The notes under the pieces: model-generated
Databases searched by the model: none
Told to the model about the DNA's origin: nothing
The model's input: only the letters and a program-made list of their open reading frames with translations
Position numbers and translations under genes: made by a program
Shown: positions 34,995 through 46,046 of the stretch, one piece after another
Position numbering within the stretch: the stretch's first letter is position 1
Layout of the letters: each line of letters starts with the position of its first letter
Assembly (NCBI GenBank): GCA_949288005.1
Contig: CASEIK010000036.1
Location: forward strand, 1 to 61,087
Direction: 5' to 3'
Source of the DNA: an uncultured Mycoplasmataceae bacterium
GTDB lineage: Bacteria; Bacillota_I; Bacilli_A; Mycoplasmatales; Mycoplasmoidaceae
DNA: 61,087 nucleotides

Positions 34995-35983
34995 TGGGCT
35001 GAACTGAGTTAATTTCTCCTTTATTAAATAACATTTTCCTTTTATTTGCTATTTTAGGATTAGCATCATTAGCTGGTTATTTTTGTGAACGTATAGGAAT
35101 TGTGAATATTGCAATTGATGGTCAAATGATTTTTGGTGCTTTAATATTCTCTATCTTTGGTATGTTATTTAATCAATGACTACCTGATGTTGGTGGAATG
35201 TTTTTTATAGTTCCATTGCTTTTTTCAATGTTAATATCCATTTTACTTAGTTTTGTTTTTGGATATTTGACAATTAAGTTGAAGACAAACCATATTATTG
35301 CAGGTACTGCTATTAATCTATTGGTTGCAGGTTTAGCTACATTCTTAACAAAACCTTTAGGTCAAGCTATATCTAATGGTGCAAAACCAAAATTAACTTC
35401 TTATTTTCAACCAACTATGCAAATTGCTGATGGTTCATTGTTTGGTGAAACAATTATCATATTCATAATTGTTATTGTGTGTGTAGTAGCATTATGATTC
35501 TTGATTTCTAAAACTAGATTTGGTTTAAGATTTAAAGCAGTTGGTGATAATCCAAATGCAGTTGATGCTCAAGGATTAAGTGTTAATAAATTTCAATGAA
35601 CTGGAATATTAATTTCTGGTATTCTAGCTGCAGCAGCTGGTAGCATATTCATGTATGGAGGTGTTCAAATAGGTGCACCATCGCAATATTTCGAAGGTAA
35701 TGTTTCAGGATTAGGTTTCTTAGCATTAGCAATTGTTGTATCTGGTGGTTGAAAAATACCATTAATTTCTATATCAGCACTTGTATTTGCAACATTAAAT
35801 TGTATATTCCAAAATCAAGTAATTCTAAATGATATAGGATTAATTAAGAATGTTGGTCCATATGCTTCATATATTGGTAAATCAATTCCATTTGTATTCT
35901 CACTTCTTGTTCTAGCATTATTCTCTCATAGAAATACTGCACCAAAATTCCTTGGTAAAAATTTTGATAAATCGTCTAGATAA
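34994..35983 (+). CDS. ABC transporter permease (second membrane subunit)
   Basis: ATG overlaps the upstream TAA. MGWTELISPLL...ERIGIVNIAIDGQMIFGA is typical of BMP-type permeases. Track ORF 35198 is in the same frame. TAA at 35981-35983. Confidence 0.85.
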
Positions 35984-36080
35984 TATTTGCTCAAATATTT
36001 ATTATTGTTGTTTTAAATTAGTGCTTTTTAAAATAAAAATTATGTAATAATTTTCTATTAATTTTTAGTATAATTAATTC

Positions 36081-37619
36081 GTGAATAGAGTAAGAGATAA
36101 AAAACTTAATCCTACAACTAAACATAACAACAAATTTTCATCTAATTTTTTACTAAATAAATTATTTCAATTTGATAAAAGAAATGCTATTTTAAGAAAA
36201 GAAATTATTGGTGGTATATCGACATTTCTTGCAATGGCATATATATTAGCAGTAAATCCATCTTTAGTTGGTAATGCACCTGTTTTTGATTCAACAAGTG
36301 TTACTCATGCATCAGCATATAGTGGTGGTTTATTTCTTGCAACTGCAATATCTTCTTTTATTGGTACTTTATTAATGGGATTGTTTGCAAATATTCCAAT
36401 TGCCTTAGCACCTGGTATGGGTTTAAATGCTTTTTTTGCTTTTACTGTTGCACAAGGCATTGGATTTTCTAGTGCATTAACTGTAACAATATTATCTGGT
36501 ATTTTATACTTTATAATTGTAGTCACTCCATTGCGGAGTAAAATTTCAAAATTAATACCAAATAATATTAAGTTAGCAATAGGTGTAGCAATAGGTTTTT
36601 TTGTAGCTTATTTAGGATTACAAAATTCAGGGATAATTGTAGTAGGTAATGGTACAGTTTCAGGTTTAGGAGATTTTACAAATCCACTAGTGATATTAGC
36701 TATTGTAATGATCTTTGTTTCATTAGTGTTGCATTATCTAAAAGTACCGGCTGCTATTCTTATAAGTTTAGTTATAGGTGCTGTGATTTTACTTGGTATT
36801 GTTGGTGGTAATCATGTTGTGGGATACACAATAAATGACATGTTGGGAAGTTATGATAATTTTTCTACATTTAAGGATGTAATAGTTGCTGGTTGAAATG
36901 GATTTGCTAATGTTGAAATGTGAAAGAATCCATTAACATACATATCAGTTCTATCATTTGTATATATGGATTTCTTTGATACTACAGGTACATTAATATT
37001 GTTGTCTAAAACTACTGAGGTTAATAAGCATGATAAAAAGTGAATGGTTAAGGCAAATATTGTTGATGCAGTTAGTACAATAGGGGGTGCAAGTATTGGT
37101 GCTACCACTGTAACTTCCTTTGTAGAATCAACAGTAGGTGTATCTGCTGGAGCAAAAACAGGATTAGCCAATATTTTTACTGCTTTACTATTTGCATTAT
37201 CTATTGCTGCATGACCAATTCTTCAAGTTTTTATGCCAATAAATAACATCCAACCCATAACAGGTCCTATTTTAGTTCTTATTGGTACATTAATGATTTC
37301 ACAAATAAGACACTTCAATTGAAAAATAACAATTGATATACCGATGTTATTTATGACTATAATTTTTATGATGTTAACTAATTCCATAGCGGATGGTATA
37401 GGTTTTGGAACATTAACATTTATTATTCTAAATTTTTCAGCTGGTTGTGTTTCATATATAAACAGAAAGAGCAAAAGTACAAATGATTTAGAAATCACTT
37501 TGGGTGAAACTAAAAGCATTAAAAAAGAGGATATAAATTATTTTAAAAGAATAAATTGAATGTTAATTTTTATTGCTTGTTTCTTTATCGTTTATATAGT
37601 TGTAACAACCTTTATATAA
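36081..37619 (+). CDS. NCS2/AzgA-family purine (adenine/guanine/hypoxanthine) permease
   Basis: GTG start. Motif FQFDKRNAILRKEIIGGISTFLAMAYILAVNP. Track ORFs 36081 and 37344 are in the same frame. TAA at 37617-37619. Confidence 0.85.
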
Positions 37620-37740
37620 TTATTATTTTAACATGATTCATGTGCGTATTTCAATATTTATTTGCTTATTTTTTTAATTGATTTTTTTTCACAATTATTC
37701 CTACAAATTTGATAGAATTAATATGAAAGGAGTTTTTATT

Positions 37741-39465
37741 ATGGCTAAAAAACAAAAGTCGGCAATGACACAAAATGAAACGCCTACGATTGCTTCACAG
37801 TCCACTAGTAAAAAAATTGGCTTCTTCTCTGCAATGCTTATTGCAATGGGTTCATCCATAGGTGCAGGAATATTCTTTAAAGCAAAGGGTGTTCTTGAAT
37901 CATCTCAAGGAAGTTTTGTATTTGCTATAATGGCTTGATTAATCGCAGCTTTTGCTGTTATTGCTATGGCATTAGCTCTTGTTGAAATAGCTAGTGCAAG
38001 AAATGACAATTTGTCATTGATCGGTTGATGTAAAGTCTTTAATAGTAGGTTTATATACAAAGCTTCAAAAAACTTTATGTTTTATATTTATCTACCATTA
38101 ACATACTTCTTCATGCCGTTGTATGTTATTATGTCACTCCAAGATGCAATAAGTGCTTTTGGTGGTGATGCTACTAATGGGGGTTACGGCCCAAGTACAT
38201 TTGGTCTAGCTGGAGGGGATGCAGATTGAGTAATTTGAACTATAATTTCTATTGCTATTTCATTATTCTTCATCTTTATTTCAGGTATGTCCTCAAGTGC
38301 TGGAAATATCATGAACAAAGGTATTATGGCAGTTAAATTCATTCCATTAGCAGCCACAATTATAATTGGGTTTATTATTGCAGGAATGCAAGGTACCCAT
38401 GTTTCTGCAGAACCAATAGAACCAGGTAATGGGATTACAAGTGGTTATGATCCTTCTAACCTTGGTTCAATGACACCAGGAATAGGTCTATTTATGGCTA
38501 TTGGTGCAATCTTTTTTGCATATGATGGTTTCTATGTAACTGCAGGTCTTCAATCAGAAATGAAGGAACCTAAGAAGACACCTATGGCTATTGTATTTGG
38601 TTTAGGTGCTGTTACTTTAATCTATTTATTAATTGCAATTGCCATGTCAATTGGTGGTGATGGTGGATTATTTGGGTTCCATGATTGATTATTTGAAAAG
38701 AATGCTTTATGAGTTTTTGGTGTATTAAACCTAACTATTGCAATTGGTGTTTTAGGTATAATTAATGGTTTTGCAATGTGAGCACCTCGTTTTGTTGAGG
38801 ATTTAATTAAAGAACATGAATTACCTCTATCACATAAATATCAAAACAAATTGTGTGCAAACAAACCAATGATTGGTATTTATTATTCATTAATTATTAC
38901 ATTTCCAGTTGTTATTTTGTTTACACTAATTGGTGCATTGGCATATTATCCTGGATCTTATGATGGAGCGTATGGTTCTTCACAAATGGAAAAATTATAT
39001 ACATTCTGTGATTTAACTGGTACATGAACTGCTGTATTTGCTTTCATGTTTATTATGCTTCCAATATTTGGTGGTTTAAGAAATAGGAAAGAACATTTCG
39101 TTAAAACAGACCAAAAGAAGTATTTTGTTCCTCTAGCTTGAGCTTCAGTAATAGTAATTGGTATTGTACTTGTTCTATTATTCTTAGATGCTTTTATTAA
39201 TGTGTTTATGTTAATAAATTTAGCCTCAGGTAATTATATGTATTTTGATTCAGATTTAAATAAAGTAGTATGAGATTATCCTGGTAATGATGAAATTATT
39301 GGTAGAGTTATGAAACTTGCAACATTATTCATCTTCTGTGGATTAATGATTATACCAACTGTAATTGAAGATAAAATCCACATTAAGAAATATGGATCAA
39401 TTGAAGCATATGAAAAAGCATTAGGTATTGAATCTACTACTAAAGCTAAGGTAGCTATTTACTAA
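37741..39465 (+). CDS. APC-superfamily amino acid/polyamine permease
   Basis: ATG 37741 follows RBS AAAGGAG. Motif FSAMLIAMGSSIGAGIFF. Track ORFs 37678 and 38287 are in the same frame. TAA at 39463-39465. Confidence 0.8.
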
Positions 39466-39496
39466 TAATAAACAATTCTATATCTATATAGCTAAA

Positions 39497-39526
39497 AAAA
39501 TAACCCGACTAGTGTTGGGTTATTTT
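39497..39526. terminator. Bidirectional rho-independent terminator between convergent genes
   Basis: 10-bp stem AAAATAACCC/GGGTTATTTT, T-rich on both flanks (T7 on the minus-strand side). The right arm contains the stop codon of the 63-aa gene. Confidence 0.6.
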
Positions 39527-39711
39527 CTTTTATTATTTTGTTCTTCAATTTCAAAATATTTTTTGTCGTCATCAAGCAATTGTGTTTTTAATTGCATTGA
39601 ATATTGACAATTACAACAATCACTACATGCATAGTTTATGCATTCAATAGGTTCACAAGGACACAATGGGTTTGTGCACCCATACTTTTTATTTTTTACT
39701 TTCTTAAACAT
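39520..39711 (-). CDS. Small Cys-rich protein (63 aa; 8 Cys within 24 residues, acidic/basic tail)
   Basis: Complete ORF with a true TAA. Sequence GCTNPLCPCEPIECINYACSDCCNC. Terminator immediately downstream. Confidence 0.55.
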   Translation of the reverse strand: MFKKVKNKKYGCTNPLCPCEPIECINYACSDCCNCQYSMQLKTQLLDDDKKYFEIEEQNNKRK

Positions 39712-39775
39712 TTTCCCCTCTTTATATGAATAAACAAGTTGATTATATCATATATAATATGATATAAAAATTTAT

Positions 39776-40132
39776 TTATATGTTTTTGGTCTTTTTTACA
39801 TCAAAACCCCAACAATTGTGACATAGACATTTCTTTTTAAATTTTCCTAAATATATAACATTATGGCTTCTTACATGGCAAAGTTCACATTTTTTTCTAT
39901 TTCTTGGTAAACGATTATATTTTGTAAACAAAAACTCCTTATTATCTTTGCTCATTCTTTGGATACACCCTGAACAAAAACAAGCCATATCTCTATTACT
40001 AGCGCTAAAAATAAGTAAGTGATGTGTTTTTTTATTACATCCCGAACATTCATAGGTAGTTTTAGTATTTGTTGCATATTTATTAAAAATATCCATCATT
40101 GATGGAATGTGGTTTCTAATTACTTTTTGCAT
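39776..40132 (-). CDS. Zinc-ribbon protein with two tandem CxxC-x16/18-CxCxxC modules (118 aa)
   Basis: Complete ORF with a true TAA. Modules CSGC...CFCSGC and CELC...CLCHNC. Confidence 0.65.
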   Translation of the reverse strand: MQKVIRNHIPSMMDIFNKYATNTKTTYECSGCNKKTHHLLIFSASNRDMACFCSGCIQRMSKDNKEFLFTKYNRLPRNRKKCELCHVRSHNVIYLGKFKKKCLCHNCWGFDVKKTKNI

Positions 40133-40286
40133 AGCACATTATATTATATATTTTTATTTTATTTTTTAATAGTATATTAAAAAATAATTTTAAATAACAT
40201 CTATTATAATAATTTATTTTTTTGTTTATAAAAATAAACAATGAATATATTTTTGGAGTAAAATGTATTTGATATTTGGAGGACTT

Positions 40287-41555
40287 ATGAGTAAATTTAA
40301 TGAAGTTTTAGCTAGAAATACTAATGATGTTGCAGAAGGATTATTCGGCTTTAGTCAAACAGTAGCTTTCTCACATTACAACAATTTTTCTGCACAATTA
40401 CCTATTGATGCATCTGGAAAATTAGTTTCTGGTGGTATAAAAGAACAAGCAACACAATGTTTTAAAAATATTGAAACAATTGCTAAGAGCATAAAGCATG
40501 ATTTAAATGATGTTGTTAGATTAACTATTTTTGCAAAATCTAAAAATGATTTTGATGATATTGTAGATGTACTAAATAGTTTTTATAAAGATTACAAACC
40601 AGCATTTACATTTATTGTGGTTAAAGATATTCCTATGGGAGCACAAATTCAAGTTGAAGCAGTGATCACTTGTGGGGAAGGTACTATTCCAAATGCACCA
40701 CAAGCTGGAGATTTGATTAAATTAGTTAGAAACACAAAAAATGCACCTATGAATGATTATTCAAGTCAGACAGTTGCTTTTTCACACTATAACCATTTAT
40801 CTGTACAATTACCAATTGAACCATCTACAAATAGATTAGTTGGTGGTGGAATTTGTGAGCAACTACATCAATGTTTGAAAAACGTAAAAAGTATTTTAGA
40901 AAGTATTGATGTTCCATTTGATGATATTGTTAAGGTTAATATTTATACAACTGAAATTGGTGAACGTAATAAGATGTTAGAAGTTTATAAAACATTCTTT
41001 CCTGATTCGGCAATTGCACGAACAGTAAATTATTTACCAGCACTTTCAATTAATCAAGTTGAAGCACTACACTTGGATGCTAAGGTGCAAGTTGAAGTAG
41101 TTGTTTCTCATGGTGATGGAACTCCTCCACAATTAGTTGAAGATAGACATGGTATAGTAATTAAACCTTCGAATGCAAAGAGTGTAGTACATAATGCTTT
41201 TTCTACACATTCAGTAGCATTCTCACATTACAATAACATTTCAGAATTATTTGGAGAAGATGCTAATAAAAAAATGGTTTCTAATAACATTAATGATCAG
41301 TTAGATAAATGTTTAGAAAATTTAAAAGCAATTGTTGAGAACATTAATCACAAAATGAGCGATGTTGTTAAATTAAATATTTTTGTTAAAGATATTAACT
41401 CTACTTCTAATTTTGCTAATGTGTTTAAAAAGTATTTCAATACTATGCCTGCAGGAAGGATAATCCAGGTTGGTGTTCTAGCTAACAATGAGGCATTAGT
41501 TAAGATTGATGCAATAGTTTCTAATGCCGAAGGTACTCCACCTGAAAATAGATAA
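40287..41555 (+). CDS. Triple-domain RidA/YjgF/UK114-family protein (three tandem endoribonuclease L-PSP-type domains in one chain)
   Basis: ATG 40287 follows RBS GGAGG (the track ATG at 40263 is also possible). Three repeats of about 135 aa each start with [ST]VAFSHYN and end with V/I-E/D-A/V-V/I-xS/C-xGEGT/GDGT/AEGT-PP. Each has the G..EQ...C..N......L / DVV+..I pattern of RidA. Confidence 0.85.
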   Translation: MSKFNEVLARNTNDVAEGLFGFSQTVAFSHYNNFSAQLPIDASGKLVSGGIKEQATQCFKNIETIAKSIKHDLNDVVRLTIFAKSKNDFDDIVDVLNSFYKDYKPAFTFIVVKDIPMGAQIQVEAVITCGEGTIPNAPQAGDLIKLVRNTKNAPMNDYSSQTVAFSHYNHLSVQLPIEPSTNRLVGGGICEQLHQCLKNVKSILESIDVPFDDIVKVNIYTTEIGERNKMLEVYKTFFPDSAIARTVNYLPALSINQVEALHLDAKVQVEVVVSHGDGTPPQLVEDRHGIVIKPSNAKSVVHNAFSTHSVAFSHYNNISELFGEDANKKMVSNNINDQLDKCLENLKAIVENINHKMSDVVKLNIFVKDINSTSNFANVFKKYFNTMPAGRIIQVGVLANNEALVKIDAIVSNAEGTPPENR

Positions 41556-41615
41556 TTATTAGTTTAATATATTCTAAAAAAAGACAATACTTATAAGTAT
41601 TTGAGAAAGATTTAT

Positions 41616-41795
41616 ATGACTAAGAAAGATTTATGAGATTATGAGTTTTCTAAACCAAAAATAATGACAAGAGATTATCAACATGGTAATTGCAGTATTT
41701 GCAATCAAGATAATGATATTAGATTTATGAAGGGTTTTAGATGTTTTGAAGAAGAGGAATTTAAATATATTTGTAAGGATTGTTTTTTGAAGTAA
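41616..41795 (+). CDS. Small zinc-ribbon protein (59 aa, CxxC...C...CxxC)
   Basis: Hand translation gives MTKKDLWDYEFSKPKIMTRDYQHGNCSICNQDNDIRFMKGFRCFEEEEFKYICKDCFLK. One internal TGA. TAA at 41793-41795. Absent from the track. RBS is weak. Confidence 0.5.
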
Positions 41796-41830
41796 CAAAT
41801 TTATTTAAATATTGTATTATATCTATAATT

Positions 41831-42754
41831 ATGGTTAGTATTGTTAAGTATGATAATTTATTATTAGCAAATGAACAAATAGATCTTATGACTGCTTCAA
41901 GAAATGTTAAAAGAATTCATTTTAATAAAAATATAGATATAATTTCAATATTATTACAAATAGATATGTTTAATGCTATAGATACATATTATATTTATGA
42001 TTGTGATTTCTTGAGTTCTAGTGATGTATTTAATGCTAATATTGAATTATTGAAAACAATCGATAAGTTGAAGAATGAATTTGATATTTATTTATTTTGT
42101 TCCAATAAATTATTAACCAATAAGGAATTTAAAAATATTATTGAATCATTTAAATTAATTACTATTAATTCTATTGATAAGAAAAACAAACAAATGTATG
42201 TTAACAAATTACTAGAGAATAGAAATATATCATTATCTAAAAATGTCTATATGCATTTGTTAAATTGTCTAACAAATGATTATGGAGTAATGAAGAATGA
42301 GATTAATAAGATTTATAATTTAATTTCAACAAAACATGATGAACAAGAAATCTTTAATTTAATTAGTAATTATAATGAAGAAAATGTTTTTTATTTAGTG
42401 GAAAATATTCTAACTAATAAATTTAATGCTGTGTGAAAGACATATAATGATTTAGTTTATAGGAAGGTCGATGAAATAGCAATTATTAATGCCTTATGTA
42501 GTCAATTATTTAATCTTTATTATATTTCTATATTAAACAAAAAAAAGAAATCTATAGGTGAGATTGCATCTTGTGTTGAGGTTCCAACATTTGTTGTTAT
42601 TAGTTTTAAAAATAAATTTGCTAATTTAGACCCAGCACTGATTCATTCAATGTTGTTAGATTTATATGAATTAGAAATTAAGATAAAGAATTCTTTGGTT
42701 GTTAAAAATATAGCATTAAAAAATTTAATAATTAAATGATTAGCTAATAATTAA
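41831..42754 (+). CDS. holA: DNA polymerase III delta subunit
   Basis: ATG 41831 is in frame with track ORF 41780..42436 and continues through TGA to TAA at 42752-42754. About 307 aa. Pattern NDYGVMKNEINKIYNL, then FYLVENILTNKFNAV, then LYELEIKIKNS matches the delta subunit layout. Call by eye. Confidence 0.6.
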
Positions 42755-44031
42755 AGAGTTTTGTCTACTATCTTCTTTCATTTGCCATCATAATCTCTAT
42801 AAAACCCATTACCCTTACCATCATGGTATACTTCAAACCCTTGGTTATTAACTACAATTTTATTAGCAGGTATTGTGTAATCAATATAAACATCAGGAGT
42901 TAACATAAACTCTTTAGTCTTTTTATTGTACTCATTTAAATGTCAATTATATGATGCTTGATCTTGCATTTGTTTTAAATATACTGATTGTTGACTAATA
43001 AATTGATTTGCTGTTTCATTGTCCATATCATTAAATGTTTGAATCTCAGACTTAGTTTCTTTTTCATACTCAGCAAGTTTTTCCATATATTCCTTTTGTT
43101 CTCTTTCTGATAATTTTTCACCAAAGGTAGTTCTATAATATTTTTTTCATTCATCAGATAAATATTTATAGATTTCTTTGCTAGGTAATCTATCAGCTGA
43201 ATTTAATCCAATACCATCGATAAAGAATTTCAAAATTGAATCAATATATGTTTGTTTATTGTCATCATTAATTGGACAATGTCATGAATTAGGTAATTGA
43301 AGAACTTTAACATTTTTATTTTTTTTATATGCAACTATTGATTCAACTGCTGGAATGAAGTTATTTGCATCACCGACAATTAATAAAGTAGGTATTAAAC
43401 TATTATGTTCATACACCTTAATAGCTTCTAATGTTTTTGGTAAGATTAAATCATTAACAAAATTTATATAGTCATTAATGTTGTAATAAATTTTTCTCAT
43501 TGCTGATACAACAATAGGACTTTGGTTTTTATTAATAAGTAATGGAGATGTTTCACCAAACATCTTTACAACCAAATCATAAGCTTCATCTAAGTTTAAT
43601 GGTAATGTTGTAATAGTCTTTATTGTATTAGCAGAAGCCATTGAAGTATATGGATTAACTAAAACTAATTTTTTAATTCTTGAACTTAAAAGTGAAGCAA
43701 GAGCTAATGCTAATGTACCACCTATTCCATTTCCAATTAAATAAATTTCTTTTTCAGGAAAAGAAAGAATAAGGTCCTTTATTTTTTTAATTAATGATAC
43801 AAAAACTACTTTTTCTAATCCAACTTCTTGATCATAGTCTTTTATTCTATCGTAAGGTACTATAACACCATAGTAATTAAAGAATTTCAGTTTGTCACAA
43901 AAATCATCATGAAGTTCAGGAGTTAAAATGTAATCATGAATGAAAACTATAGCCCTATTAACTTTTTCATTACCAGGTACCTCTCTGTAATAATATTCAC
44001 CATATTCATTAGATTTTTTTTCAGTAAACAT
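42751..44031 (-). CDS. Alpha/beta-hydrolase-fold protein lacking the nucleophile Ser (GNGIGG), with ~180 aa C-terminal extension
   Basis: Track ORF 43282..44031 extended through TGA codons to TAA (complement of 42751-42753). VFIHDY..., then the elbow LIGNGIGGTLALALA read from nucleotides 43719-43736. Confidence 0.7.
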
Positions 44032-44053
44032 AAAATTACATTAACCCCTTTGA

Positions 44054-44812
44054 TTAATCTCTAAATAATAATAGCATTCTTGCCATAATTAAAATAGTAT
44101 TAGTGATGGTAGATAAAATATTGAAACCAATTAGTAAAGCTATTCCATTAACTTGTTTTTGGTCAATATCAGTTTCTCCAATACTAATAAATTGTGATGT
44201 TTTAGATAAGGTATAGAATGAATATACATTTAATACCATAACCACTGCTACTCCAATCAATGTATATATGATGTATAAATAATTAGAATACAATGCAAAT
44301 GCTGATACCAAAGCAAAAACTAAAGAGATTATCATGTATATTGGTATAAGAATAAATAGGATTTTAGATAAGGTCACAGCAGCCTTATTTGACATTGTAA
44401 AACCAATTATTCCACATATTAACAAACTTCCTGCAGAAATACCAAAAAGCATTAATAATTCAGCACCATTAAATAAACTAAAAAGTGATGAAAAGGAGAT
44501 ACCAAATGCAGCAATATATGTCAAATACAAGAGTAATACCAGTGGTATGTTAATTTTTTTCATGAAGGAAATAACTATAGATATTACTAATGAAATTAAT
44601 AACATTATTGCTGAAATTATATAGATTGAATCAGCTGTTTCAAAATTAATTCAATTATTGATGATGGAATAATAAAACAAATATCCAATTCCACAAACTA
44701 AAGCAAAACCAATTGAAGCAAAAATCAAACATTTTGCAATAAATTTGGTTTGAGCTGAATTTAATTTTTGATTAAATGAAATTCTATTTTCACTAACTTG
44801 TAAAATACTCAT
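44054..44812 (-). CDS. BAX inhibitor-1/YccA-family membrane protein
   Basis: ORFs 44651..44869 and 44054..44605 are in the same frame. 7 TM helices. C-terminal ILIMARMLLLFRD is typical. ATG 44812 is preferred; 44869 is possible. Confidence 0.8.
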
Positions 44813-44920
44813 ATATAAAATTATACTTAATAAATGATAAAAGTAACATATAGTTAAGTTTTTTACCATTTAACAAGTTAATACTTATTAGTTAAAACTA
44901 GATAATGTATAATTTCTATT

Positions 44921-45352
44921 ATGCGTAAGATTGGTCTAGACTTAGGATCTAAAACATGTGGAATATCAATTAGTGATTCGACAAACAAATTAGCATCTGG
45001 TATTTGTAATTTTAAATATGAAAATAACAACCTAATGCTAATCATTCATAAATTAAAAAAGATTATTGATGATTATGACAATAAAGTAGATTCTTTTATA
45101 TTAGGGTATCCTACATTCACAAAGAGTGGTCAAAAAACCAAGAATACTATTTTGGTAGAAAAATTTGAATCATTATTAAAACAACATTTTACCAATATAC
45201 AGGTTATTAGATGATGTGAAAATTATACAACTAAAAATGCCACAGATTATTTATGCAATTTCGAAATAAAGGCATCAACAAGAAAAAAAATTATTGATAT
45301 GGTGGCAGCTAATTTTATACTTCAATCGTACCTTGATTCCATACCTAAGTAG
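44921..45352 (+). CDS. ruvX: Holliday-junction resolvase-like nuclease RuvX/YqgF
   Basis: Motif MRKIGLDLGSKTCGISISD. Extended through TGA to TAG at 45350-45352. Confidence 0.85.
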
Positions 45353-45365
45353 TTATATAAATACA

Positions 45366-45959
45366 TTATTTAGACATAGGTTCAGTGTAATCAATGATTT
45401 CAGCTTTCACTTTTTTCACTTTTTTATCTGATTCTAGAGCATCAATTACTGCATAAGCAAATTCAAATACAGCTGCAGGAGATCTACCAGTAATTAATTC
45501 TTTTTCAACAACGACTGCTTTATCTACATAATTTTTTTCATCACCTTTTTCAAATGATGGATAACATGTGAATTTTCTATTATTAATTAAGTTTAAATGA
45601 ATTAATAGCTTTGGAGCTGCACACATTGCAAGAATATATTTATCCTTGGTGTCATTGAATTTTTCAAGGAATTTATGTAATTTCAAGACATTGTCATTGT
45701 TTTTTGCAGGTCAAGCATCCACAAAATACTTCTTATGTCCTCCACCACCAGGAAGATAGATAGCATTATATTGATTAATGTTTGCTTTATCAATAGTTTG
45801 GTCACAACTAATCTTTAGTCCGTTTTGTAAGATAATAGTATTTTTCTTTTCTAGAGAGATTAAATCTACCCTAAAACCAGCTCTTCTTCATATATCTAAT
45901 GGAACAACAAGTTCCATTTCTTCTGTTTCATTACAACTAATTATTGCTATTCTTACCAT
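45366..45959 (-). CDS. DJ-1/PfpI-family protein
   Basis: ATG 45959 with RBS GAGGAA. MVRIAIISCNETEEMELVVPLDIWRRAG, AIYLPGGGG, and the nucleophile-elbow AMCAAP. Confidence 0.85.
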
Positions 45960-46046
45960 ATTTCCTCAATATTTTTTTATTATATCATATTTTAAAATAT
46001 TTTAAAATAAAATTTTTTGGCTTTTTTCTCATATTATAATATAAGT

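Noticed and set aside
35984-36080. Possible purine riboswitch upstream of the NCS2/AzgA purine permease
   Set aside because: I read the 97-nt leader and found none of the conserved purine-riboswitch core (no P1/P2/P3 junction motif such as UAUAAUCGCG...GGGCACCG...CCGACUA). It is essentially A/T only.
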